Part shown: piece by piece, positions 37,947-46,637 of the stretch
How the letters are laid out: each line of letters opens with the position of its first letter
Position numbering within the stretch: position 1 is the first letter of the stretch
Assembly: GCA_016214555.1 (NCBI GenBank)
Contig: JACROF010000003.1
Coordinates: 930 to 64,929 of the forward strand
Source: Candidatus Levyibacteriota bacterium
GTDB taxonomy: Bacteria; Patescibacteriota; Microgenomatia; Levybacterales; UBA12049
DNA length: 64,000 nucleotides
Reading direction: 5' to 3'
Program-made: the position numbers and the translations under genes
Notes under the pieces: generated by a model
What the model saw: the letters and a program-made list of their open reading frames with translations, nothing else
Told to the model about the DNA's origin: nothing
Databases searched by the model: none

Positions 37947-38769
37947 TGGTCATAACGTATACCTTAGGCTGATTTAATAATCTAATCATTTATCCAATAT
38001 TTCTTATTTTAATAAAAAAGATGATCATAAGATTTTAGGCAAGCTCAAAAGACTTGTAAAGAATTGATACTCTAAAAAGACATAAAACTCTCCCAAAAAG
38101 GAAAATACTACACCAATAAGAGGCCACATTGCATAAGAGTCGCTTCGAAAACGCGAAATATAGCCCAATTCCCTCTTTTGAAACAGTGTTTTGACAATTA
38201 TTTTGATTCTGATGTCATATGATGTAGTCATTTTTCGACTTTTTGAACGATTCAAAACATATATACAATTTTTTCACGTCGGATAATATTCTTGTAAGAA
38301 TAAGACCGCGACTTGATCGAACAATTCCCGAATGAGTATAAATATTGTTCTATAGAATAGAACTCATGAAAATTCCAAAAATCCAAAAAAATGATTTTTG
38401 TACCAGCTGCCAAAAAATCCCAATACTTTCATAAAGTTTTGGAAAATTAAGACAAAAATTTCAAAAAAAGAAAAGTTTTCCTGTGGATATCCCCAAATAA
38501 CTCTCTTACTCCAAGCTCCTCCCCTATAGCCTTATAATGGGAGACTATAGGTAAAACAAGAGTTAATAAAATGGCTATAGTAAATTACTGTAGGACTATT
38601 GTCCAATTTCTCCCTTCCAATATAGGATAAGACCCTTTAGATACCTTCTAGGTCATCCTACGCCCTTAAAATATTATTTTGAGGCTAAGAGCTTTTAGTA
38701 TTAATGTTTCTAAAGATATCTTGACCAATAAAAAATTGTGATATATACTACATGTAATACGCGCAATTT

Positions 38770-38796
38770 AGCAGCTCCAAAGAGCTGCTTTTTTTG
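38770..38796 (+). terminator. Orphan rho-independent terminator
   Basis: AGCAGCTC-CAAA-GAGCTGCT followed by T7. A TTGACC-17-TATACT promoter lies at 38720..38748. Confidence 0.55.
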
Positions 38797-39016
38797 TATG
38801 AAAAGCCTTAACTACTCTGATAAAACACATAAAATAAAAATATGAAGATACAAAACGTAACATCCATAAGAAGTGTCAGGTATTTTCGATATAAAGATGT
38901 ACCAAAACTTTTTCTTATTAACCTTTGTGAAAGACCAATAGCAACTCTAAATCTAATAATTTTTCTCATTTGGGTACTTTTGTCAATTATAACCAGCTAA
39001 ACCACCAAACTCCCCC

Positions 39017-39077
39017 TTGACACTAATGTTCTAGTTTGTTACTTTAGTGATAGGTAATTATTACAATGATTACCTAT
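39017..39077 (+). promoter_or_regulatory. Promoter (TTGACA-17-TACTTT) plus a 9-bp-arm inverted repeat operator upstream of the excisionase-type HTH gene
   Basis: ATAGGTAAT-N10-ATTACCTAT at 39050..39077, 18 nt before the ATG. Confidence 0.45.
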
Positions 39078-39094
39078 GAGTTACTCTCCAGGCT

Positions 39095-39310
39095 ATGGCT
39101 GATCAAAAGATATCAATCAACGACCTACCAGATCTACTTACTGTACGAGAAGTTGCAGAAGTTTTACGCGTCTCTCCTCTTACCATCAAACGCTGGGGGA
39201 AAAGGGGTAAATTACCAGCAATTCGTATCAACAGCAGGGGGGACAGGCGCTACAAAAAAGAAGCAGTTTTTTACCTCCTAGGTATTCAGGAAAAAAGTGG
39301 GACTATCTAA
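39095..39310 (+). CDS. Excisionase/MerR-superfamily helix-turn-helix DNA-binding protein
   Basis: LLTVREVAEVLRVSPLTIKRWGKRGKLPAIRI matches the excisionase-family HTH pattern. Confidence 0.6.
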   Translation: MADQKISINDLPDLLTVREVAEVLRVSPLTIKRWGKRGKLPAIRINSRGDRRYKKEAVFYLLGIQEKSGTI

Positions 39311-39385
39311 ATAGATAGAAAGCTAAACCTCATTATTCCTCCATTTTTACTATATCAGACATATTACTAAGATGATCACTTTGCC

Positions 39386-39413
39386 ATAAAAAAAGCCCCG
39401 GCAAAGCCGGGGC
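39386..39413 (-). terminator. Rho-independent terminator for paralog 1
   Basis: GCCCCGGC-AAA-GCCGGGGC with a T-run on the minus strand. Confidence 0.7.
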
Positions 39414-39417
39414 AAAA

Positions 39418-40086
39418 TTACCACATAGAGAAAACCCAACAACCAGGACCAGAAAGCCCTTGTATGTCTTTCACAGACAAAAAGTAGGCAGAGACTGCCT
39501 CTTCTATCCTGCGATAACCCTGCACCTCCTCGATGGTAACATCCTCAGGAGCGCAATAGGTGATGTCAATTGAGTGAACATTGCCATCCTGAAACTCCAG
39601 AGAGCTTCTCAGATCAGTAATAATTTCCTCAGTGAGAGCTGAGGCCCTTTCTTCTGGAAAATAGACCTCAAAGAGCGACTCTGCAAAGACCCTAAAATCC
39701 TCCTCAAGCTGCTCAAGACCGCAGTCGAGAAGACCCACTGCCGGTGCAAAGCACAGCTCCAAATACCCTTCAGAGTTACCCTGCAACATTTCATTGGTGA
39801 TCACGATCAAGTCGCCTGGAAAGACGAGCTGACCATATTGACCGTTGCCAAAACTCAGTGGCTCTTTACCATCAAGCTTTGCCCAAGCAAGGCAGGCAAC
39901 AGACATAGGATTTTCAACAAGAAATTCAAGGGAATTCCCTACATAAAGATCGTGTCCATCGCAAAACGGACAAGACAAAGCCTGGATCTCTTTTCCGCTC
40001 TTTTCAAAACAAAAGACAGAACGACGATCAGCGCTAAGCATCTCAGGTCCTTTTCTACTAAACCAATGCGGGCAATGCTGCCGCAT
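39418..40086 (-). CDS. Paralog 1 of a four-gene family of unknown function, with an N-terminal Cys pair region
   Basis: Shares PGDLIVIT, ITY and a C-terminal GPGCWVFSMW with paralogs 3 and 4. TAGGAGT RBS. Confidence 0.55.
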   Translation of the reverse strand: MRQHCPHWFSRKGPEMLSADRRSVFCFEKSGKEIQALSCPFCDGHDLYVGNSLEFLVENPMSVACLAWAKLDGKEPLSFGNGQYGQLVFPGDLIVITNEMLQGNSEGYLELCFAPAVGLLDCGLEQLEEDFRVFAESLFEVYFPEERASALTEEIITDLRSSLEFQDGNVHSIDITYCAPEDVTIEEVQGYRRIEEAVSAYFLSVKDIQGLSGPGCWVFSMW

Positions 40087-40169
40087 ACTCCTATCAATGC
40101 TAGTTGACAGAGAGCTTTCTAGGCATAAGATTGCCTACAAAGCCCGCTACCATATGTAGCTATAGAAAT

Positions 40170-40197
40170 AGAGCCTAAAGATCACTCTTTAGGCTCT
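40170..40197 (-). terminator. Terminator for paralog 2 (perfect 11-bp stem)
   Basis: AGAGCCTAAAG-atcact-CTTTAGGCTCT. Confidence 0.6.
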
Positions 40198-40208
40198 AAA
40201 GAGAAATA

Positions 40209-40922
40209 CTAACAAACTAATTGAGTCGAATAGAACATCTTGATGATCATATCCTCATCATTGGTAGTCGAGACAAAGCCAGGAATGTTCCTGATGGCAG
40301 AATGCCCACCTGGCCCAACTAAATAGGCAATACCAATGACAACGTCAAACAACCTCTCCTCTTCAGGTTGTTTTTCTAACAAATCAATCATGGTTTTAGG
40401 ATGCATGTAAAAAATACTATATTGAACTTCCTCACCATCATGCAGTCGACATGCATCCTCAATAAGCTGAGGATTCATGTCGCCCAAAAGCGAAAGGCCA
40501 ATTTCATCCTGATTGTCAGCATGACTAAAGAAAAAAGTGAGAGTTCCTGAAAGACCTTCAGAAAATGAAAGGGAGGTAGCTTTGAGCAGCTCAGGATCAA
40601 ATCCTATTACCTCGCCTACTGACAGAATCACCTCAAGATTATCATTAATCAACACCGGACTCTCATCGTGCTCCACTCTCAACGTAACTGGGAAATTGAA
40701 AGGATTCTCAAATATAAATAGTGGAATATCATGCACGACAAAAAAAGGAGCACTTACCAAAGGTGACTTGAATATCTGGTATTCGCTTCCATCATTATCA
40801 TATGACCTCACTGTATAGAGATCCTCACTCGATGGGCTTGTTCCAAGGTGTGGGCTGCTATGAACTAAAATACGTGGAACAGCAAGGAGCGGAGATACTT
40901 GAGATGGAATCCAGTTAAACAT
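40209..40922 (-). CDS. Paralog 2 (divergent) of the same family
   Basis: Shares TFFF and YSIFY...LL blocks with the others. Has its own TTGAGG-18-TATAAT promoter and a GGAGG RBS. Confidence 0.5.
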   Translation of the reverse strand: MFNWIPSQVSPLLAVPRILVHSSPHLGTSPSSEDLYTVRSYDNDGSEYQIFKSPLVSAPFFVVHDIPLFIFENPFNFPVTLRVEHDESPVLINDNLEVILSVGEVIGFDPELLKATSLSFSEGLSGTLTFFFSHADNQDEIGLSLLGDMNPQLIEDACRLHDGEEVQYSIFYMHPKTMIDLLEKQPEEERLFDVVIGIAYLVGPGGHSAIRNIPGFVSTTNDEDMIIKMFYSTQLVC

Positions 40923-41030
40923 AACATCGGCCTCCTTCTTGGTAGACTCTATGCCTCAACTCTTGTTAATGTGCCAAACTGGTTTTTATTATAACAAAAA
41001 GCTGTTTGACACCTCAACTATAGGATCGGT

Positions 41031-41060
41031 AAAAGAAAACCCGACCCTAAAAGGGCCGGG
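41031..41060 (-). terminator. Terminator for paralog 3
   Basis: CCCGACCC-TAAAA-GGGCCGGG hairpin with a T-run on the minus strand. Confidence 0.6.
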
Positions 41061-41066
41061 TAGTAA

Positions 41067-41651
41067 TTACAGCTCATGAAGTTCTGAAATGAGCGGGGCG
41101 ATTGCAGCTGCAAAATCATTGCGAAGCTTGGCTAGATACAACTCGTTAAGATATGTAATCGTCACATCAACTGAGTCGTATATCCCTTCGTGGAAATGAG
41201 CTGCAATGAACACTTTCGCACCCGCAGCCGGATCATCAACTGTGCCTGTCAGAGCAAAACACTGCTCGATATGCCTCTCTGCCACCTCAAGGGCACTTTC
41301 GAAATCTTCCCTGTTGATCCGAGGTCGGAATGAAAAAGTCACATCCCCGTGGTAGTATCCTCGTTGACCAGACTCTGGAACAAGCTGCTCGCTTAGCACT
41401 CCTACAATCGCATGTGGAGCGATATCTTCATATTTTTCAACTTCGGTTCCATTATGAAGAACCACTACATCTGTTTGATGCTTCTTGATAGGATTTGGCA
41501 ATGCAAGAGTAGGCGTCTGGCCAGGTGGTACAATGACAACTAGTCTCGAACCGACTTCTACGTCTGGAATAACGAGAACATCCCTACTCTCCCCATCCAC
41601 TTCAGCAATAATGCCTAACGTATCAAAAACATCTCCATCGACACTGATCAT
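41067..41651 (-). CDS. Paralog 3
   Basis: Aligns with paralog 4 across its length (VDGESRDVLVIPD, LHNG, VTFSFRPRINREDFESALEVA, VDVTITYL). AGGAG RBS. Confidence 0.6.
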   Translation of the reverse strand: MISVDGDVFDTLGIIAEVDGESRDVLVIPDVEVGSRLVVIVPPGQTPTLALPNPIKKHQTDVVVLHNGTEVEKYEDIAPHAIVGVLSEQLVPESGQRGYYHGDVTFSFRPRINREDFESALEVAERHIEQCFALTGTVDDPAAGAKVFIAAHFHEGIYDSVDVTITYLNELYLAKLRNDFAAAIAPLISELHEL

Positions 41652-41675
41652 GAACTTCTCCTCTTTTGATCTTTA

Positions 41676-41696
41676 TCAGATCGGACATCGATCTGA
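41676..41696 (-). promoter_or_regulatory. Palindromic operator-like element in the paralog-3 5' region
   Basis: TCAGATCG-GACAT-CGATCTGA, between a TTTATAAG (-10-like) element and the RBS. Confidence 0.45.
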
Positions 41697-41740
41697 CACC
41701 TTCTTATAAATGAGCCTGATGATGATAGCATATTTTTAAC

Positions 41741-41781
41741 AAAAAACCAAAAAAAATCCCGACCCCATGGTGGGATCGGGA
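41741..41781 (-). terminator. Terminator for paralog 4
   Basis: TCCCGACCCCA-TGG-TGGGATCGGGA with a T-run on the minus strand. Shares a 25-nt block with 42546..42570. Confidence 0.65.
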
Positions 41782-41788
41782 CGCAAAA

Positions 41789-42439
41789 TTACCAAACAAA
41801 CATGGAAGCGGGACCAGTAAAGCTAAAAGGCGGATCGCCTGGTAGCTTGAGTTTTTCTTTGAGAAGCTTTACATACTCTTCGTATGTGAGATATGTTACC
41901 TCGATGCTTATGCCATAGACCTCAACTTCACAAATACGCTTGATTTCCTGTTTTAGATCTATGAGGTGTAAGACACCAAGGGTCTCGTAATATGACTCAA
42001 GAGCAGCCTCAAGAATCGTATGCTGACGAGAAAGTGCTGCTTCGTTGACATGAGGCTTAAACGTGAAAAGAATCTTCCCTGAGTAGGGATTTTTACTCTC
42101 GCCACTTGATCGCTTGTCTTTCATAAGCATCCCAGGAGTAATCACAACTATATCTCCCGGGGTGACACTCTCTCTCTCAAAAATCACAATGCCATTATGT
42201 CTTACCTCAACACTACAAGTCTTGAGCGTTGGATTGAAAAGCTCAATTTCTGGAACCTCTTGATCTCCTACAATAATTGCAGGCATCTGACTCGGAGGCT
42301 TGTCTGGATCAAGACAAAGAATTGCTACTTCCTCACCCCCAACCGTCGCACCTATGGTGATGAGCCGCTGACAGAGAGCCAGAAATGGCAATCCATTTGC
42401 CTTAAGATATTCACCCTGTTCATAAGGAGACATCAACAT
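41789..42439 (-). CDS. Paralog 4
   Basis: The start is trimmed to the ATG at 42437..42439, which has a GGAGG RBS; the ORF-track start (42451) is a TTG. Carries the family motifs PGDIVVITPGML and a C-terminal GPASMFVW. Confidence 0.6.
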   Translation of the reverse strand: MLMSPYEQGEYLKANGLPFLALCQRLITIGATVGGEEVAILCLDPDKPPSQMPAIIVGDQEVPEIELFNPTLKTCSVEVRHNGIVIFERESVTPGDIVVITPGMLMKDKRSSGESKNPYSGKILFTFKPHVNEAALSRQHTILEAALESYYETLGVLHLIDLKQEIKRICEVEVYGISIEVTYLTYEEYVKLLKEKLKLPGDPPFSFTGPASMFVW

Positions 42440-42463
42440 GATTTCCTCCAATACGCTGCTATA

Positions 42464-42484
42464 TCAGATCGACAATCGACCTGA
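42464..42484 (-). promoter_or_regulatory. Second copy of the palindromic operator-like element
   Basis: TCAGATCGA-CAA-TCGACCTGA, preceded (minus-strand sense) by GCTCATTTACAATG (-10-like). Confidence 0.45.
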
Positions 42485-42550
42485 ATCATTGTAAATGAGC
42501 TTGGAAAGTATAACATAATATTACTATAAGTTAAAGTTTAGATAAAAAAC

Positions 42551-42605
42551 CAAAAAAAATCCCGACCCCCTTTCGAGGGCCGGGTGCGTCCCGATATATC
42601 GGGAC
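42551..42605 (-). terminator. Tandem hairpin terminator
   Basis: A 10-bp stem with a GAAA tetraloop (CCCGGCCCTC-GAAA-GGGGGTCGGG on the minus strand) followed by T8, plus the perfect palindrome GTCCCGATA|TATCGGGAC. Confidence 0.7.
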
Positions 42606-42616
42606 AGAAATGCAAG

Positions 42617-42838
42617 TTAGTCGTCGTCGCCGAAATCATCGCCATCATGGCGATCCGGCTGCCAAGCCCCAGAGCGCGGCTTGTTGCGATACAACCAAGC
42701 GTTTCTGCAGACTTCAAGCTGAAGAGAGTCACCGCGTTGACGAAGCTGCCTGAGGGCATCTTCGTGCGCGCTCCTTGACATCCGAATGTAATCATCCTCT
42801 GTGAGAGAATGACCACTGTTGAACGAATGCAAGTCCAT
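42617..42838 (-). CDS. Small protein with an acidic C-terminal tail; GC-rich (about 60%)
   Basis: ATG with an AAGGGGGAAG RBS and a strong terminator. No recognisable family. Confidence 0.4.
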   Translation of the reverse strand: MDLHSFNSGHSLTEDDYIRMSRSAHEDALRQLRQRGDSLQLEVCRNAWLYRNKPRSGAWQPDRHDGDDFGDDD

Positions 42839-42872
42839 ACTTCCCCCTTTTTGGGCTAGATCGACACGGAGA

Positions 42873-43070
42873 CTACGGCTTCATCGCCGCCTCAGCGGCA
42901 CGCTGGTAGTTTGGAAACCAGATCGTACCGGCGTAGCTTTCCAAAGCCGTTTTGATCAGGCTCGGATTGCTCCGGAAAGTCTCAACAAGAGAGGCGAATG
43001 CCTCGCTTGGTTTCATTCGCCTGGTCCTTCTTCCAGACGTGCGACATGAAAAACCTTTATCGATCCTCAT
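42873..43070 (-). CDS. Possible small ORF in the GC-rich segment
   Basis: ORF only. Overlapping ORFs on both strands make the coding assignment here unreliable. Confidence 0.2.
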   Translation of the reverse strand: MRIDKGFSCRTSGRRTRRMKPSEAFASLVETFRSNPSLIKTALESYAGTIWFPNYQRAAEAAMKP

Positions 43071-43118
43071 ATCCCCTCCTGCTTTTTACTTGCACCGTTG
43101 CAAGCCTGCAAAAAGAAG

Positions 43119-43148
43119 AGCCAGGGAGCGCAGAAGCGCTCCCTGGCT
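43119..43148 (-). terminator. Perfect 13-bp hairpin
   Basis: AGCCAGGGAGCGC-AGAA-GCGCTCCCTGGCT with a T-rich tract on the minus strand. Confidence 0.4.
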
Positions 43149-43863
43149 GTAACCGCTACTTGCGGCCGGAAGACTGCGACGTCTGAGACTGCGGCGAACT
43201 ACCGCTCGCTGCCGCATTTGCTGCGGCAAGCATTCGCCCTTCGGCGATTCGATCGAGCCTGATCTGTCCGCGTCCGATTGGACGCAGGCCAAACGGCGAC
43301 TGATCCCGAACGGAATGATAGCTCTGTCCAGACATATGTCCTCCTCGTCACGCTGCAGTGGACTCCCAGTGGAGACCACGCCCTCAAGACTACTGTGCTA
43401 GCCACGAAGTTTGTTGCTCCGTGAGCCTACCCAAAATAGCCTCATTACTCCCTGAAAAGAATATGTCTGCGTTTGGGTCATTAAAAACCCAGTCGCGAAA
43501 TGAATCGCGCATCACAGACTCCGCCTCATCCGGCGGTGGCAATCCTCTTATCGTGACAATATTGTCTAAAAAAAGAATGTTTTGCCCTCCTTTCTGGACA
43601 AAGAGAAAGCGTTGGTGTCGTTGGTCAGCAGGTGAACAATAGACCTTTCGGACTTATTGATGCAAAAAATTATGCTGAGCTGACCAACGACCACAAAACC
43701 TGAACCATCAGGACTTATGGTCGCTGATCAGACAAACCAACAGACGACTAATTTGTAAAAGAACTCTTATGAATTCCTTATTTCATAACTCTCTAAAGAG
43801 AGCTTTGAAATAAGGGCGGTCCGACGAATCGGACACGCCCAAGAATAGAGCTGAAGCCTTGTA

Positions 43864-44358
43864 TCAGCAATGAATCACAACGACACTCTCAGTGGTGAGT
43901 AGCCTGATAGGCTCCCGAAGCTGATGAGCTGCCGTGGTAACGATGAACGTCACCTGACGAACATGCTTTGTTACCCGAATCTCAGGCAAAACACGCTCGT
44001 TTTCCAAAAGCAAGACGTCTTCAGTGACCGTCACGGTGAACACCGCGACCTCATGGTTGCTCTCGACTCGAATCGGAATTCCGTTGAACACCCTGGGTTC
44101 TCGCGGTCGAGCATAGCCCGTATCAGGAATGATACCAGAGCCGTGCTTGTCAATTACGACGAAGACCGATTGGTCTCGAACATTCCAAACGCCAATCGCG
44201 TGCAGCTGATCCCTAGGGACCGTGACTAGATAGATTTCCTCGTTAGCATTGTTTGGATCATCGATGGGAATCATCGCTCTCGGCGATCCTTCGCCTTGAG
44301 CAAAAAAGATTCCAATCGAGACTCCGTTATCAGAACGATTACTAAACCCGGAGGACAT
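43864..44358 (-). CDS. Hypothetical protein in the GC-rich segment
   Basis: ORF followed on the minus strand by a roughly 10-bp hairpin at about 43811..43838. Confidence 0.35.
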   Translation of the reverse strand: MSSGFSNRSDNGVSIGIFFAQGEGSPRAMIPIDDPNNANEEIYLVTVPRDQLHAIGVWNVRDQSVFVVIDKHGSGIIPDTGYARPREPRVFNGIPIRVESNHEVAVFTVTVTEDVLLLENERVLPEIRVTKHVRQVTFIVTTAAHQLREPIRLLTTESVVVIHC

Positions 44359-44604
44359 ACCAGTGCTCCCTTCGTTGCTACAAACAAGGTGGCTAACGCC
44401 CTTTTGGACAGATCAAAAGGCCATTAGCCATATATTCAGAACTATTAATGTGCAATTACAGCACAAGCTGTAAATAGGTCGTAAGTATAGCATATTTTAT
44501 ATCTAAAATCAACTATAGGATGTTTGCCGAGAGGCATTTGAGCTCACTTCCAAAGGGAAATGAAGTCCAAATGACCTCCCGGCTTGCCTCATTTGAGGCT
44601 GCTA

Positions 44605-45459
44605 CTAAAAGGTAGCATGAGAAAAAAATGCGCCATCAGCGCCATCAAGATTGTTGTGAGCGTGAGTTCGTCGCAACTTTAACACTTTGCCTACATAGGC
44701 GATTTGTTGCCGCACGAGCAAAAAGGTATGTAGGTCCTTACAAGAACTCAGACCTTTCTGTGCAGCCGCACTGAAGACCCTAAGATCTGCGGTGGTGCGA
44801 CCTCTCAAGCAAAGCTTTTCCTGATCGCTCAGCTCAGGAAGACGCCCTCCCTTCAGGTGGTAAAGGAAAGCCTGTGCTCCAAGACTTGAGGCATACACGA
44901 TCGTATTCGATCGTTGAGGCTGATCCACCACACCATCAGCAATCAACTCGCCAATGAGGTCGTTGGTTGTGAGGCCAAGGTACGAACGCGCATTGGCCTC
45001 AGAGCCCAAGATAGCACAAAGTCGGGAATTCCGACCTTCAATACCTTCCAGGCTCTCGCTCTGGAGAAGACGAACTATCTCCCCCGGATACGAAATGAGG
45101 TTGCAAAAACCAAGACTATAGCTACCAAGGTCTCCAAGGGAGACCTGAGAGCATCGATCCGGGCTGCAAAGAGCAAAACGATGTGTTCCCTTTTGAGGAA
45201 CGTATGTCGGCGAACATGGTGCACTTGCCGACGATTGCTTCCCCAACGCTGCGCTATTTTGGAAGCACAAAGCTGCGCCCCCAGATTTTTTCACGTCAAC
45301 TATGACAACCGGACTTCGACGAGGATTTGACACCTCCCATACCGAAAGCCCGTTGAGTGTTTCATGGTGTTTTGCCTCCCCTGATGCGAACCGAATGTCT
45401 ACTCCGGGTACCAAACAGTTCATTTTTCCACCTTTCAGGACGGATAAGCCTCCCGTCAA
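44605..45459 (-). CDS. Hypothetical protein in the GC-rich segment
   Basis: 284-aa ORF at about 55% GC with no recognisable motif. Confidence 0.35.
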   Translation of the reverse strand: MTGGLSVLKGGKMNCLVPGVDIRFASGEAKHHETLNGLSVWEVSNPRRSPVVIVDVKKSGGAALCFQNSAALGKQSSASAPCSPTYVPQKGTHRFALCSPDRCSQVSLGDLGSYSLGFCNLISYPGEIVRLLQSESLEGIEGRNSRLCAILGSEANARSYLGLTTNDLIGELIADGVVDQPQRSNTIVYASSLGAQAFLYHLKGGRLPELSDQEKLCLRGRTTADLRVFSAAAQKGLSSCKDLHTFLLVRQQIAYVGKVLKLRRTHAHNNLDGADGAFFSHATF

Positions 45460-45671
45460 ACAGTCTAGCTCAGAAATTTCTTTTTCTGAAAACTCCTTTC
45501 TCTATAAAAGTGAGCTGACTGTCGACTCGCTCTCTACAAAATAAAGAGGGAGCCAACAACCAGATACACAAAACTGTTCTCAAGGCATTCTTTTTGTATT
45601 AATGTGCTAAAGGATAGTGATTGTAAAACAAAAATCAAGCCTACGTCAACAGATGCCTTGTGTGAGACACA

Positions 45672-46553
45672 CTAAACAGTCCTGTGATATTCGGCTTGAT
45701 GATCTTTAATAATGCTATCAACATCGGGATTGTTCATATGAGTTTTGATAAATGCCAATGTCTCTTTCGGATTTTGAGTGTTCACAAAAACATTAGTTCC
45801 TACTTCAAATCCACCTAACGTCTTTTGACGAGGAATGATCCTTAGATACCAATCTCCTCCCGGATAAATATAAAAATTATAAGGAAAATCGCTATTGTAA
45901 CGAAGGTTAAAAATAGTAATAAGTGATGAGAGGACACCTGCAGCATCTGAAAGCTCGTCATCCGTGACCTCTCCAAATAATCTACCCGACTTTTTAGGAG
46001 CGATCCACACTTCATCTGGCCATACCGAATCAGATGGACAAAAAACGCTAAAATGCTGTGACTGATAACCGGTCGGCATATCATGTACCACTGTTTGAAG
46101 TCGAGGAATATCTAAATAAACCTTTTCAGGAATCACTGCAATTTGCGTATGAGAATGAGGAATACTCTCTCCTGCTTTTTCTCCGTGATTGTGAAAAATA
46201 TATACCTGACCTGCGTGACTATGCTCATTATAGCGATGGCGATATGTCTGGAGTATTCGCTGTGTATGCTCAACGGGAAAAGCGTCAAAGGACACATGGT
46301 GATCTGGAGTATCAATCACTAATTCATGAATTGGCGCAAAAGGAAATTTATTGGGAACAACGCGTACTTCCCATGCATCATCTCCAGTCTTCCCTCCAAT
46401 CCGATAGAGTTCTGTTTCATTACTTTCCCTACCAGGACAAAAAGGACACGCAGGCTCAGTTCCGTTGGCGACATCGGGTCTTTTTGCTCTTCTAGGGGCT
46501 GAGATCACCCATTTTTTAGATTGCTGATTTTTTAGAAATTGAAACTCGTCCAT
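45672..46553 (-). CDS. galT: Galactose-1-phosphate uridylyltransferase (HIT superfamily)
   Basis: CPFCPG zinc motif and the HxH active site IPHSHTQI. Confidence 0.75.
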   Translation of the reverse strand: MDEFQFLKNQQSKKWVISAPRRAKRPDVANGTEPACPFCPGRESNETELYRIGGKTGDDAWEVRVVPNKFPFAPIHELVIDTPDHHVSFDAFPVEHTQRILQTYRHRYNEHSHAGQVYIFHNHGEKAGESIPHSHTQIAVIPEKVYLDIPRLQTVVHDMPTGYQSQHFSVFCPSDSVWPDEVWIAPKKSGRLFGEVTDDELSDAAGVLSSLITIFNLRYNSDFPYNFYIYPGGDWYLRIIPRQKTLGGFEVGTNVFVNTQNPKETLAFIKTHMNNPDVDSIIKDHQAEYHRTV

Positions 46554-46637
46554 ATTCTTAGTATCAGATAAATTTATGTAAAGTGCAATAAAAAAGACTA
46601 GTAAAAGCTAGTCTTTTTTTAGCCTTAATTATGAAGT

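Noticed and set aside
39066-39281. ORF overlapping the HTH gene in another frame.
   Set aside because: The 39095..39310 frame encodes a clear excisionase-type HTH. The alternative frame is low-complexity.
37950-45600. Searched for an integrase or recombinase, att direct repeats and a toxin-antitoxin pair in the putative mobile segment.
   Set aside because: None could be identified from the sequence alone. The boundaries of the element remain undefined.
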